DNA of 63,684 nucleotides, filler included, from Chiloscyllium plagiosum (lineage: Eukaryota), in assembly GCF_004010195.1 (NCBI RefSeq). It is 4 parts of one record of this genome, joined end to end, with 100 filler letters (N's around TTAATTAATTAA, not from the genome) between each part and the next. Parts side by side here need not be neighbours in the genome. Positions count along the whole stretch, not along the records: positions 45,392 to 59,827 come from NC_057710.1; positions 59,928 to 63,684 come from NC_057710.1; 2 more parts are not named here. One strand, given 5' to 3'. Of this stretch, positions 45,806 through 60,488 are shown piece after piece (position 1 is the first letter of the stretch; each line of letters starts with the position of its first letter). The notes below the pieces were generated by a model. It made no database searches, was not told where the DNA came from, and saw nothing but the letters and a program-made list of their open reading frames with translations. Made by a program: the position numbers and the translations under genes.

Positions 45806-48800
45806 ACAGGCCCATGCACAGTACAGCACACAGGCCCATGGACAGTACAGCATAGAGGCCCATGGACAGTACAGCACACAGGCCCATGGACAGTTCAGCA
45901 TACAGGCCCATGGACAATACAGCACACAGGGCCACGCACAATATAGCATACAAGCCCATGCACAGAACAGCACAGAGGCCCATGGACAGTACAGCACAGA
46001 GGCCCATGCACAATGCAGCATACAGACCCACATACAGTACAGCACACAGGCCCATGCACAGTACAGCACACAGACCCACATACAGTATAGCACACAGGTC
46101 CATATGCACAGTACAGTACACACCCCCAAGCACAGTACAGCACAGAGGCGCTTGGACAGTACAGCAAAAAGGTTCACGCACAGTACAGCACACAGACCCA
46201 CACACAGTACAGCACAGAGGCCATGCACAGTACAGCATATAGATCCATGCACAGTAGAGCCCAGAGACCCATGCACAGTACAGCATACACCCCCATGCAC
46301 AGTACAGCACACAGGCCCATGCACAGTACAGCACAGAAGCTCATAGACAGTACAGCACACAGGCCCAGGCCCAGTACAGCACACAGACCCCACACAGTAC
46401 AGCACTCAGGCCCACACACAGTACAACACAGAGGCCCATGCACAGTACAGCATATAGACCCACACAGTACAGTACACAGGCCCACACATAGTACAGCACA
46501 GAGGCCCATGCACAGTACACATATAGACCCACACACAGTACAGCACACAGACCCACACACAGTACAGCACACAGGTCCATGCCCAGTACAGCACAGAGGC
46601 CCATGCATAGTACAGCACACACACCCATGCACATACAGCATATAGACCCACACACAGTACAGCACACAGACCCACATACAGTACAGGATACTGGCTCAGA
46701 CACAGTACAGCACAGAGGCCCATGCACAGTACAGCACACAGACCCATGCACAATACAGCACAAAGGTCCTTGGACAGTACAGCACACAGGCCCATGCACA
46801 GTACAGCATACAGATCCACACACAGTACAGCACACAGACCCACACACAGTACAGGACACTGGCCCACACACAGTACAGCACAGAGGCCCAAGCACAGTAC
46901 AGCACACAGGCCCACACACAGTACAGCACACAGACACATGCCCAGTACAGCATACAGACCCACACACAGTACAGCACACAGGCCCATGCCCAGGGCAGCA
47001 TACAGGCCCACACACAGTACAACACACAGGCCAATGCACAGTACAGCATACAGACCCACACACAGTACAGTACACAGGCCCACACACAGTACAATACAGA
47101 GGCCCACGCACAGTACAGCATATAGACCCACACACAGTACAGCACACAGGCCCACACACAGTACCACACAGAGGCCCATGGACAGTACAGCACACAGGTC
47201 CACGCAATGTACCTCGCAGAGGCCCATGGATTGTATGGCACACAGACCCATGCACAGTACAGCACACAGGCCCATGGATAGTACGGCACACAGACCAATG
47301 CACAGTACAGCTTACAGGCCCATGCACAGTACAGCACACAGGCCAAAGCACAGTAAAGCATACAGGCCCATGGACAGTACAGCACAGAGGCCCATGGACA
47401 GTACAGCACAGAGGCCCATGCACAATATAGCACACAAAACCACATACAGTACAGCACACAGGCCCATGCACAGTACAACACATAGACCCACACACTGTAC
47501 AGTAAACAGGCCCATGCATAGTTCAGCACACAGACAGACACACAGTAGAGCAGACAGTAGAGCAGACAGACCCACACACAGTACAGCACAGAAGCCCATG
47601 GACAGTACAGCACACAGACCCAAGCACAGTACAGTACACAGGGCCACACATAGTACAGCATACAGACCCAAACACAGTACAGTACACAGACCCAAGCACA
47701 GTAAAGCACATAGCCCCGTGCACAGTACAGCACACAGCCCATGTACAGTATAGCATACAGGCCCATGCACAGTACAGCATACAGCCCCATGCACAGTACA
47801 GCATACAGCCAATGCACAGTACAGCACACAAGCCCATGCACAGTACAGTACACAGGCCCATGGACACTACAGCATATAGACACAGGCACAGTACAGGACA
47901 CAGGCCCACACACACTACTGCACAGAGACCCATGGGCAGTACAGCATACAGGCCCATGCACAGTACAGCACACAGGCCCATGCACAGTACTGTACACAGA
48001 CCCATGCACAGAACAGTACACAGGGCCACACGTAGTACAGCACACAGGCCCAAACACAGTACAGTACACAAGGCCACACGTAGTACAGCACACAAGCCCA
48101 AACACAGTACAGTACACAGATCCAAGCACAGACAGCACACAGCCCCATGCACAGTACTGTACTCACCCCCAAGCACAGTTTAGCGCATAGCCCCGTGCAC
48201 AGTACAGTACACAGACACAAGCACAGTACAGCACACAGCCCATGCACAGTATAGCATACAGGCCCATGCACAGTACACTACAGAGGCCCATGGACACTAC
48301 AGCACAGAGGCCCATGCACAGTACAGCACACAGACCCACATACAGTACAGCACACAGGCCCATGCACAGTACAGCACACAGACCCACATACAGTATAGCA
48401 CACAGGCCCATGCACAGTACAGCACACAGACCCACATACAGTATAGCACACAGGCCCATATGCACAGTTCAGCACAGAGACCCATGCACAGAATAGCACA
48501 CAGCCCCATGCACAGTACAGTACACAGGGCCATGCAGAGTACAGCACACAGCCCCATGCACAGTTCAGTACACAGGGCCACGCACAGTACAGCACACAGG
48601 TCCAAGCACAGTACAATACACAGACCCAAGCACAGTACAGTACACAGCCCCATGCACAGTACAGTACACACCACCAAGCACAGTACAGCACATAGCCCCG
48701 TGCACAGTACAGTATACAGACCCAAGCACAGTACAGCACACAGACCCAAGCACAGTACAGCACACAGCCCATGCACAGTACAGCACACAGACCCAAGCAC

Positions 48801-51800
48801 AGTACAGTACACAGCCCCATGCACAGTACAGTACACACCCCCAAGCACAGTACAGCACATAGCCCCATGCACAGTACAGTATACAGACCCAAGCACAGTA
48901 CAGCACACAGCCCATGCACAGTACAGCACACAGACCCATGTACAGTACAGCACACAGAACTGTGCACAGTACAGCACACAGACCCACACATGGTACCGCA
49001 CACAGACCTACACACAGTACTGCACACAGACCCACACACAGTACAGCAGAGGCCCATGGAAAGTACAGCACACAGACCCAAGCACAGTACAGTACACAGG
49101 GCCACGCACAGTACAGCACACAGGCCCAAGCACAGTGCAGTACACACACCCATGTACAGTACAGCACACAGGCCCAAGCACAATACAGTACACAGGCCCA
49201 AGCACAGTACAATACATAGACCCAAGCACAGTACAGCACACAGCCCAATGCACAGTACAGTACACACCCACAAGCACAGTACAGCACATAGCCCTGTGCA
49301 CAGTACAGTACACAGACCCAAGTACAGTACACAGACCCAAGCACAGTACAGCACACAGCCCATGTACAGGATAGCACACAGAACCGTGTACAGTACAGCA
49401 CACATACCCACACATGGTACAGCACACAGACCCACACGCAGTACAGCACACAGAGCCATGCACAGTACTGCACACAGGCCCATCCACAGTACAGCACACA
49501 GTTCCAAGCGCTGTACAGCACAGAGACCATGGACAGTACTGCATACAGGCCCATGCTCAGTACAGCACAAGGGACCATGCACAGTACAGCACAGAGGCAT
49601 TTGGACAGTACAGCACAGAGACCCATGCACAGTACAGCACATAGGCCCACACACAGTACAGCACAGAGGCCCATGAACAGTACAGCACAGAGGCCCTTGC
49701 ACAGTACAGCACAGAGGCCTACACACAGTACAGCAAAGAGACCGAAAGACAGTACAGCACATAGGCCCATGCCCAGTACAGCATACAGACCCACACACAG
49801 TACAGCACACAGGCCCACACACAGTACAACACAGAGGCACATGCACAGTACAGCATATAGACACACACACAGTACAGCAGACAGACCCACACACAGTAAG
49901 CACACAGACCCTTGCACAGTATAGCACACAGGCCCATCCACAGTACAGCACACAGTTCCAAGCACTGTACAGCACAGAGACCCATGGACAGTACAGCATA
50001 CAGGCCAATGCTCAATACAGCACACGGGATCACGCACTGTACAGCACAGAGGCGCTTGGACAGTACAGCAAAAAGGTTCACGCACAGTACAGCACACAGA
50101 CCCACACACAGTACAGCACATAGGCCCATGCACAGTACAACACACATACCCATGGACAGTACAGCATATAGACCCTTGCACAGTACAGCATACAGGCCCA
50201 CACACAGTAATGCACAGAGATCCATGGACAGTACAGCATACAGGCCCATGCACAGTACAGCACACAGGCCCATGCACAGTACAGTACACAGACCCATGCA
50301 CAGTACAGCACACAGATCGATACACTGTACAGCACACAGTCCCACGCACAGTACAGCACACAGGCCCAAGCACAATACAGTACACAGGTCCAAGCACAGT
50401 ACAATACACAGACCCAAGCACAGTACAGCACACAGCCCCATGCACAGTACAGTACACACCCCCAAGCACAGTACAGCACATAGCCCTGTGCACAGTACAG
50501 TACACAGACCCAAGTACAGTACACAGACCCAAGCCCAGTACAGCACACAGCCCATGTACAGTACAGCACACAGAACCGTGTACAGTATAGCACACAGACC
50601 CACACGCAGTACAGCACACAGACCCACACACAATAAAGCACACAGAGCCATGCACAGTACTGCACACAGGCCCATCCACAGTACAGCACATAGTTCCAAG
50701 CGCTGTACAGCACAGAGACCCATGGACAGTACTGCACACAGGCCCATGCTCAGTACAGCACAAGGGACCACGCACGGTACAGCACAGAGGCACTTGGACA
50801 GTACAGCATAGAGACCCATGCACAGTACAGCATACAGACCCATGCACAGTACAGCACAGAGGCCTACACACAGTACAGCACAGAGGCCTACACACAGTAC
50901 AGCACAGAGGCCTACACACAGTACAGCACACAGGCCCATGCCCAGTACAGCAGACAGACCCACACACAGTACAGCACACAGACCCTTGCACAGTTACAGC
51001 ATACAGACCCACACACAGTACAGCACACAGGCCCACACACAGTACAACACAGAGCCACATGCACAGTACAGCATATAGACCCATGCACAGTACAGCATAC
51101 AGACCCATGCACAGTACAGCACACAGGCCCATCCACAGTACAGCACACAGTTCCAAGCACTGTACAGCACAGAGACCCATGGACAGTACAGCATACAGGC
51201 CCATGCTCAGTACAGCACACGGGATCACGCACAGTACAGCACAGAGGCGCTTGGACAGTACAACAAAAAGGTCCACACAAGTACAGCACACAGACCCACA
51301 CACAGTACATCACATAGGCCCATGCACAGTACAACACACATACCCATGCACAGTACAGCATACAGACCCATGCACAGTACAGCATACAGACCCATGCACA
51401 GTACAGCACAGAGGCCTACACACAGTACAGCACAGAGGCCGAAAGACAGTACAGCACAGAGGCCCATGCACAGTACAGCACACAGGCCCACACACAGTAA
51501 TGCACAGAGATCCATGGACAGTACAGCATACAGGCCCATGCACAGTACAGCACACAGGCCCATGCACAGTACAGTACACAGACCCATGCACAGTACAGCA
51601 CACAGATCGATACACAGTATAGCACACAGTCCCACGCACAGTACAGCACGCAGGCCCATGCACAGTACAGCACACAGACCGAAACACAGTACAGCACCCA
51701 GGCCCATGCACAGTACAGCATACAGGCCCATGCACAGTACAGCATACAGGCCCATGCACAATACAGCATAGAGATCCATGCACAGTACAGCACAGAGACC

Positions 51801-54800
51801 CATGCACAGTACAGCATGCAGGCCCATGCACAGTACAGCACACAGACCAAAACACAGAACAGCACAGAGGCCCATGCACAGTACAGCATATAGACCCATG
51901 CACAGTACAGCACAGAGACCCATGCACAGTACAGCACACAGTCCCACGCACAGTACAGCATGCAGGCCCATGCACAGTACAGCACACAGACCGAAACACA
52001 GTACAGCACAGAGGCCCATGCACAGTACAGCATATAGACCCATGCACAGTACAGCACAGAGACCCATGCACAGGACAGCACACAGGCCCCTGCACAGTAC
52101 AGCACAGAGGCCCATGGACAGTACAGCAACAGACCCATGCCCAGTACAGCATACAGACCCACACACAGTACAGCACACAAGCCCATGCACTGTACAGCAC
52201 ACAGCCCATGCACAGTACAGCACTCAGACCTGTGCACAGTACAGCACACATGCCCACACACGGTACAGCACACAGACCCACACACAGTACAGCGCACATA
52301 CCCACACACAGTTCAGCACACAGACCCACGCACAGTACAGCACACAGGCCCAAGCACAGTACAGTACACAGGCCCAAGCACAGTACAGTAAACATGGCCA
52401 CCCACAGTACAGCACACAGGGCCATGCACAGTATAGCACAGAGCGCCAAGCACAGTACAGTACATAGGCCCAAGCACAGTACAATACACAGACCCAAGCA
52501 CAGTACAGCACACAGGCCCATACACGGTACAGCACACAGACCCACACACAGTACAACACATAGCCCCTTGCACAGTACAGTACACACACCCAAGCACAGT
52601 ACAGCACACAGGCCCAAACACAGTACAACACAGAGGCCCATGCACAGTACAGCATGTAGACCCACACACAGTACAGCACACAGGCTCACACACAGTACAG
52701 CACAGAGGCCCATGCTCAGTACAGCATATAGACCCACACACAGTACAGCACACAGACCCACACACAGTACAGCACACAGGCCCACACACAGTACAGCACA
52801 CAGGCCCATGCACAGTACAACACAGAGGCAGATGGACAGTACAGCACACAGGCCCACACACAGTACAGCACACACCCATGCACAGTACAGCATATAGACC
52901 CACACACAGTACAGCATATAGACCCACACACAGTACAGCACACAGGCCCATGCACAGTACAGCACACAGGCCCATGCACAGTACAGCACACAGGCCCATC
53001 CACAGTACAGCACACAGGTACATGCACAGTAAAGCACAAAGGCCCATGGACAGTACAGCACACAGGCCCATGCACAGTACAGTACACAGGCCCACACACA
53101 GTACAGCACATAGGCCCATGCACAGTACAACACACAGGCCCATCCACAGATCAGCACAAAGGCCCATGGACAGTATAGCACAGAGGCCCATGCATAGTAC
53201 AGCACACACCCCCATGCACAGTACAGCATATAGACCCACACACAGTACAGCACACAGACCAACACACAGTACAGCACACAGGCCCACACACCGTACAGCA
53301 CACAGGCCCATGCACAGTACAGCACACAGGCCCATCCACAGTACAGCACACAGGTTCATGCACAGTAGAGCACAAAGGCCCATGGACAGTACAGCACACA
53401 GACCAACACACAGTACAGCACACAGGCCCACACACCGTACAGCACACAGGCCCATGCACAGTACAACACACAGGCCCATCCACAGTACAGCACACAGGCC
53501 CATGCACAGTACAGCACAAAGGCCCATGGACAGTACAGCACAGAGGCCCATGCATAGTACAGCACACACCCCCATGCACAGTACAGCATATAGACCCACA
53601 CACAGTACAGCACACAGGCCCACACACAGTACAGCAAACAGGCCCACACACAGTACAGCACAGAGACCCATGTACAGTGCAGCACAGAGGCCCATGCACA
53701 GTACAGCACACTGTACCATGCACAGTACAGCGTACAGGCCTATGCACAGTACAGCACAGAAGGCCATGCAAATTACAGCAGTACAGCACACTGTACCATG
53801 CACAGTACAGCATGCAGGCCCATGCACAGTACAGCACACAAGCCCCTGGACAGTACAGCACACAGACCCATGGATAGTACAGCATACAGACCTACGCACA
53901 ATACAGCACACAGGCCCATGCACAGTACAGCACACAGGCCCATTCACAGTACAGCATTTAGACCCACACACAGTACAGCACACAGGCCCACACACAGTAC
54001 AACACAGAGGCCCATGCACAGTACAGCACACAGGCCCATGCACAGTACAGCGTACAGACCCACGCACAGTGCAGAACACAGACCCATGCACAGTACAGCA
54101 TACAGGCCCATTCACAGTACAGCATTTAGACTCACACACAGTACAGCACACAGACCCACACACAGTATAACACACAGGCCCATGCACAGTACAGCACAGA
54201 GGCCCACGCACAGTGCAGAACACTGACCCATGTACAGTACAGCATACAGGCCCATGCACAGTACAGCACAGAAGCCCATGCAAAGTACAGCACACAGGCC
54301 CATGGACAGTACAGCATGTAGGCCCATGCACCGTACAGCACACAAGCCCATGCACAGTACAGCACCGAGGCCCACGGACAGTACAGCACACAGACCCAAG
54401 CACAGTATGCTACACAGGGCCATGCGCAGTACAGCACACAGGTCCACGCACAGTACAGCATACAGACCCATGCACAGTGCAGCACAGAGACCCATGCACA
54501 GTACAGCATATAGACCCACACAGAGTACAGCACACAGACCCACACACAGTACAGCACACAGGCCCACACACAGTATAGCACACAGGCCCATGCATAATAC
54601 AGCACAGAGGCCCATGGACAGTACAGCACACAGGCCCATGGACAGTACAGCACACAGGCCCATGCACAGTACAGCATACAGACCCACACACAGTATAGCA
54701 TACAGGCCTACACACAGTACAATACAGAGGCCCATGCACAGTACAGCACACACTTCCATCCACAGTACAGCATATAGACCCGCACACAGGCCCACACACA

Positions 54801-55296
54801 GTACAACACACAGGGCCATGCACAGTACAGCATATAGACCCACACACAGTACAGCACACAGGCCCACACACAGTACAACACAGAGGCCCATGCACAGTAC
54901 AGCATATAGACCCACACACAGTACAGCACACAGATCCACACACAGTACAGCACACAGGCCCACACACAATACCACACAGAGGCCCATGGACAATACAGCC
55001 ACAGGTCCACGCACATTACAGCACAGAGGTCCATGGACAGTACTGCACACAGGCTCATGCACAGTACAGCATACAGGCCCAAACACAGTACACACACAGC
55101 CCTATGCACAGTACAGTATACAGACCCAAGCACAGTACAGTGCACAGACCCATGCACAGTACAGCACACAGATCCAAAGCACAGTACAGTACATAGGCCC
55201 ATACACAGTACAGCATACTGTACTATGCAAAGTACAGCACACAAGCCCATGGACAGTACAGCACACAGACCCCAGTACAGCACACAGCACACAAGC
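45806..55296 (+). repeat. 24-bp satellite / large minisatellite, ~9.5 kb, roughly 395 units
   Basis: Consensus CACAGTACAGCACACAGGCCCATG with many variants and occasional 1-nt indels; gives 8-aa periodic ORFs on both strands. Confidence 0.98.
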
Positions 55297-55584
55297 CAGC
55301 AGGCTACCTAACCCTGACCTACTGCACTGACCCTTTCTGTGGGTTACATGTCCCTAGCATAACCACTGCTGGACAACTCTTTGACAGTTACATCTTTATG
55401 CAGGGACAGAGAAAAGCATCAGGAATGTTGAATGATGACCAAGTCTTGTGTACACATTGTCCCCCTGTTTCCTGGTTGTGCAGTGGTCTCTCAGCACAGG
55501 CCTCCATTCACTGCGCTTTGTGTATGGCCATGAATGGTGTATGGTGGATAGTGTAAAAATTCATTTAACACCTACACAGACAAT

Positions 55585-56397
55585 CTCCTTAGATACTGAA
55601 GCAGTTCAGAAAGCAACAAGATCTGGATGTCATTCAGGCTTGGGCTGAAAAGTAGCGTTTGTGTCACACAAACGCCAGACAGTGACCATCTCCAATGAGA
55701 CAATTTAACCACTAACATTCAATAGTGTTACCATCACTGAATCCCTCACTATCCACTTCAGGGAGGTCAGAAGCTAGAAATACTGCAGGCGAATAACTCA
55801 CCTCTCCCCCCCCCCCCCCCCCCCCCCCACCACCCCCCACGACTCTCCAAGACTCTCCATTATCTGCACAGCAGAAGACAGGAGTGTGATGGAATGCTCC
55901 CCACTTGCCTGGATGGGTGCAGTCCCAACAATACTCAAGAACCTTGATACCATCCAGGACACAGCAACCTGCTTGACTGGCCCCAGCTCCACAAACATTC
56001 ACTCCCTTCACCACCGACCCTCAGTAGCAGCAGCATGTGCTATCTACAAGATGCAATGCAGAAATTCACCAAAGATCCTTAGACAGCACCTTCCACACCA
56101 TAGAGTACTTCCATCTAGAACGACAAGGGCAGCAGATACATGGGAACACCAGCGCCTGTGAGTTCCCCTCCAATCCACTCACTATCCTGACATGGAAACA
56201 TAGCCATTCCTTCGCTGTCACTGGGTCAAAAATCTGGAAATTCTCCCCCTAACATCATTGTGGGTCTACCTCCAGCATATGGACCGCAGCAGTTCAGGAA
56301 AACAGCTCACCACCAGCTTCTCAAGGGCAACAAGGGATGGGCAGGAAAAGCCTGCCCAGCCAGCATGTCCCATGTGCCATGAATGAATAAAAATAAA
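55585..56397 (+). mobile_element. 3' portion of the ancient CR1-group LINE family, with an internal poly-C expansion
   Basis: QQDLDVIQAWAEK...RSVMECSPLAWMGA...LDTIQD...SLHHR; ends GGGATGGGCA...CCAGCCAGC...CCATGAATGAATAAAAATAAA. Confidence 0.82.
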
Positions 56398-57594
56398 TTC
56401 ACAAGCATATGAAAGAAAGTGAACATCTTGACCATGTATGGGAAAGCTATTATTTACAGATAAGCCTTCTTCATCCGTGCCACCAACGTACCCTCAATAA
56501 GTTTCCGTCTTTCTCTCCCACGCACTCCCTGATTCTGCAGCCGGGATGGTGGGAGCCTGACCAACTCAGGAGCCCATGGGAAGACACTGACAATGATGGG
56601 GGAGTACATACATACATGCAATTTAAATTGGCTTAGATCTTATTGTACCCATTTGGAAACATTGAATAAGGCCCCTCCAGCTCACCTCAGAGAGGGGCAT
56701 TGCAAGGGTGGGACAAATGGAGCTGCACTAAGATGAGGAACTGAACAAGAAAAAAGATCATTGTTGGACAGCTGTACCAAACTAAACAACGGAACGTGGA
56801 ATGTTTACTTTGCTCGACAAAAAACTGTGCCCTAGGAAATGAAGATATGAGCTGTAACTGCATGTGACTCATATTTTATAGACCAAATATTGATTCCGCG
56901 ATGTGTTAGTTCCCCCTTCTGCAGATGCAAAGGCCCTACGACTATTGTAAGTAGTTCCCCAGAAGGCCTGTCGGATCCAGTGCTATATCATGTGCCTCTC
57001 AGGAATATTTGAGCCATAGGACATAGATCCTGTTTATTGTTACTTTGCCAGAATGAGGTTTCAAGGTCCCCTTGATTAATTTATTTTTTTTTGAAAATCA
57101 GCACTTTTTTTGGCATAATTGAACAACTGCATCCCACAAAAGGAATTATTGAAAATATATCAGAGTTCTCTGGAAATGTTATATATTTTTCATACCTCAG
57201 TAAAATATTTTGTCATTATATTTAAATGTTGTTTGAGCTTATAAATCACTCAACTCATTTTCTAAGCATTTAATTTTAAAAATATCAAAAAAGGTTGAAT
57301 GCTTAATAGAATTAAAATGATCTTTAAAAAGTTTTGATTTGGAATGAAAACCAACAGGTAATTTTAGATAATCCTACTCAGCCACATTATCACACATGTC
57401 TGGAGCAGGTAGGACCTGGAGCAAGGGTAGGGGCACGACCACTGTACCATAACAGACTCTTAATGGAAATCAATAACCTGATAACAGCAGATTAATCATG
57501 TCTCATTGAACCAATTATCTCTAATTACTCAGACTTTGTTATTCTTTGGAAACATCACTCTTGTAGCTCAATCTGATACCAATCATCACATTCT

Positions 57595-57888
57595 GATTAG
57601 ATTACTTACAGTGTGGAAACAGGCCCTTCGGCCCAACAAGTCCACACCGACCCGCTGAAACGCAACCCACCCAAACCCATTCCCCTACATTTACCCCTTC
57701 ACCTAACACTACGGGTAATTTAGCATGGCCAATTCACCTAACCTGCACATCTTTGGACTGTGGGAGGAAACCGGAGCACCCGGAGGAAACCCACGCAGAC
57801 ACGGGGAGAATGTCCAAACTCCACACGAACAGTTGCCTGAGGCGGGAATTGAACACGGGTCTCTGGCACTGTGAGGCAGTAATGCTAA
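57595..57888 (-). mobile_element. HE1-type V-SINE, relatively young, head slightly truncated
   Basis: GATTAGATTACTTACAGTGTGGAAACAGGCCCTTCGGCCC...GGAAACCGGAGCACCCGGAGGAAACCCACGCAGACACGGGGAG; many CpGs retained. Confidence 0.93.
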
Positions 57889-59092
57889 TAGCGGAAAGTT
57901 ACTGGGGCTTTTGCTTATGCCTGGATCAGTCAGATCCCAGATATGGTTTGAAAGCTCATTTCTGTGTTTTGTTTATTTTATGAGGTGATTTTTTTTCACA
58001 GAAACACAAGCATGCAATGTTGCAGATTTGTGTTTATAATGCAAAAGCAAAGTGGATAAAACAGAAGAACTCAAACTAATTATGTAGTGTACAATACTAA
58101 ATATTTTGAAACATGGTAAAAATATAATATACCACCTATTCCAAATATTGCAATATTTTTTTACAGTACTCCAATATCAAAGAGAATTCCCTTCTCTATC
58201 ACAGATTTAACTGCTGCTTTCAATTTCTAGCCTGAGATTCTGATAGCCTCTTTCTTGAATGTTCACACAATTGAGCTTAAATCTTCTCAGCTCTGAATAA
58301 TTCAGGGGTCTAGCCAAACACATCTGGTCTGGAGTTTTCAAACTAAAACCTTTACACTGAAGTAATCTGTGCCCTAATTGTTCCAAATTATCTCTATTCT
58401 TCAGAGAATTTTTTCCACATATCTCACCTCAACCAGGAAATAAGCAACCTGAAATCTGAGCAAAAGAAATTTGATTTTTGATCCTTCCAACTGAAAGCAA
58501 CTGAATGCTCTTCAATATTTACTCTGCCTGCTTAAAACATTCTCCCACGACAAACAAATTCCCATTACCACTCCAGGCAATCTGCTTCTCATATTGTTAT
58601 TTTTTTTTAAAATGGCTCCAGGACTATTGCCAAATTAATCATTAAGTCCCTTCATATACACACAGCATAACTGATATGCCGCTAGTAAAAATTTCCAAAC
58701 TCTAATGAAAGCTAATAAAATATATAGAAATCACACAGCTTACATTACATTGCAGACAGATTTAAAAGATTAGAGTGACATAGAATGCCATTTGTAGCTT
58801 TTAATATTATGTTAGGAGAAAATCATTCAATCAAATTAGGTATATAGGTAGAAATAAAGAGAGAGACATAAAGATTAAATTAAGGGAGAATAGATTAATT
58901 GAGACAAAGGACAGGAAGGAATGCCTCCCAGGCCATGAAATAATCAACCTGTGACAGGCAAGCATCTCACCCTATTGCTGGCCTTACCAGTAAAATCTCC
59001 TGATGTGGTCACACCCATGCCTTATACAGTTGCAACAATATTTCCCTTCTTTTATCTTCAATTCCTTGAGTGATGAATGCTAAAATTCCATT

Positions 59093-59827
59093 TGTCATTG
59101 TCATTGGGATGTACAGCGCAGAAACAGACCCTTCGTTCAACTCGTCCATGCTGACCAGATATCCCAACCTAATCTAATCCCATTTGCCAGCACCTGGCCC
59201 ATATCCCTACAACCCTTCCTCTTCATATACCATCCAGATGACTTTTAAATGTTGCAATTGTACCAGTCTCTACCACTTCCTCTGGCAGCTCATTCTATAC
59301 ATGCACCACCTTCTGCATGAAAATGTTGCCCCTAAGATCCCTTTTATATCTTTCCCCTCTCACCCTAAACCTATGCCCTCTAGTTCTGGACTCACCCACC
59401 CCAGGGAAAAGATTTTGTCTATTCATCCTATCCATGCCCCTCATGATTTTATAAACCTCTATAAGGTCACCCCTCAGCTTTCAATGCTCCAGGGAAAACA
59501 GCCCCAGCCTGTTCAGCCTCTCCCTGTAGCTCAGATCCTCCAACCCTGGCAACATCCTTGTAAATCTTTTCTGAACTCTTTCAAGTTTCACAACACCTTT
59601 CCGATAGATAGGAGACGGGAATTGCACGCAATATTCCAACAGTGGCCTAACCAATGTCCTGTACAGCGACAGCATGACCTCCCAACTCCTGTACTCAATA
59701 CTCTGCCCAATAAAGGAAAAGCATACCAAATGCCTTCTTCACTATCCTATCTACCTGTGACTCCACTTTCAAGAAGCTATGAACCTGCACTCCAAGGTCT
59801 CTTTGTTCAGCAACACTCCCTAGGACC
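59093..59827 (-). mobile_element. CR1 (HER1-like) 3' end, cut by the linker
   Basis: LYRTLVRPLLEYCVQF...LERVQKRFTRMLPGL...RLNRLGLFSLE; 3' UTR collinear with other copies. Confidence 0.94.
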
Positions 59828-59927
59828 NNNNNNNNNNNNNNNNNNNNNNNNNNNNNNNNNNNNNNNNNNNNTTAATTAATTAANNNNNNNNNNNNNNNNN
59901 NNNNNNNNNNNNNNNNNNNNNNNNNNN
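59828..59927. other. Artificial contig linker
   Basis: 44 N + TTAATTAATTAA + 44 N. Confidence 0.97.
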
Positions 59928-60488
59928 TCATGTTGCAGTTTTATAAGACTCTGGTGCAGCCTCATCTGGAGTATTGTGTGCAGTTTTGGTCGTCATATTA
60001 TAGGAAGGATGTGGAGGCACTGGGACGGGTGCAGAGGAGGTTTACCAGGATGTTGCCTGGTATGGTAGGAAGATCGTATGAGGAAAGGCTGAGGCACTTG
60101 GGGCTGTTTTCATTGAAGAAAAGAAGGTTTAGGGGTGACTTGATAGAGGTGTACAAGATGATTAGGGGTTTAGATAGGGTTGACCGTGAGAACCTTTTTC
60201 CACGTATGGAGTCAGCTATTATGAGGAGGCATAGCTTTAAATTAAGGGGTGGTAGGTATAGGACAGATGTTAGGGGTAGATTCTTTACTCAGCGAGTCGT
60301 GATTTCATGGAATGCCCTGCCAGTAGCAATGGTGGACTCTCTCTCTTTATGGGCATTTAAACGGTCATTGGATAGGCATATGAATGATAGTGGGCTAGTG
60401 TAGGTTAGGTGGGCTTGGATCGGAGCAACATCGAGGGCCAAAGGGCCTGTACTGCGCTGTATTTTTCTATGTTCTATGTTCTATGTTC
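59928..60488 (+). mobile_element. CR1 3' end with (TTCTATG)n tail
   Basis: ORF 59930..60403: YKTLVQPHLEYCVQFWS...RGDLIEVYKMI...FFTQRVVISWNALP. Confidence 0.95.

Noticed and set aside
28351..55296. CRISPR-like appearance of the two arrays
   Set aside because: Units are head-to-tail with no unique spacers, there are no cas genes, and the DNA is vertebrate.
45669..55330. Very long Cys-rich (CCTVCGPV; keratin-associated- or metallothionein-like) and His/Thr-rich ORFs up to 912 aa
   Set aside because: The 24-bp unit is a multiple of 3 and its consensus is stop-free, so overlapping ORFs appear in all frames on both strands. Frequent 1-nt indels switch frames freely, which indicates no coding constraint.
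55585..55612. The LINE copy here begins at about the position where the 14586-17790 copy ends, suggesting one split element
   Set aside because: They are ~38 kb and two linkers apart, overlap with mismatches, and the family is abundant; coincidence is more likely.
55806..55839. Poly-C tract (G-quadruplex potential; poly-Gly ORFs on the minus strand)
   Set aside because: Simple homopolymer expansion inside an old LINE; its length is unreliable.
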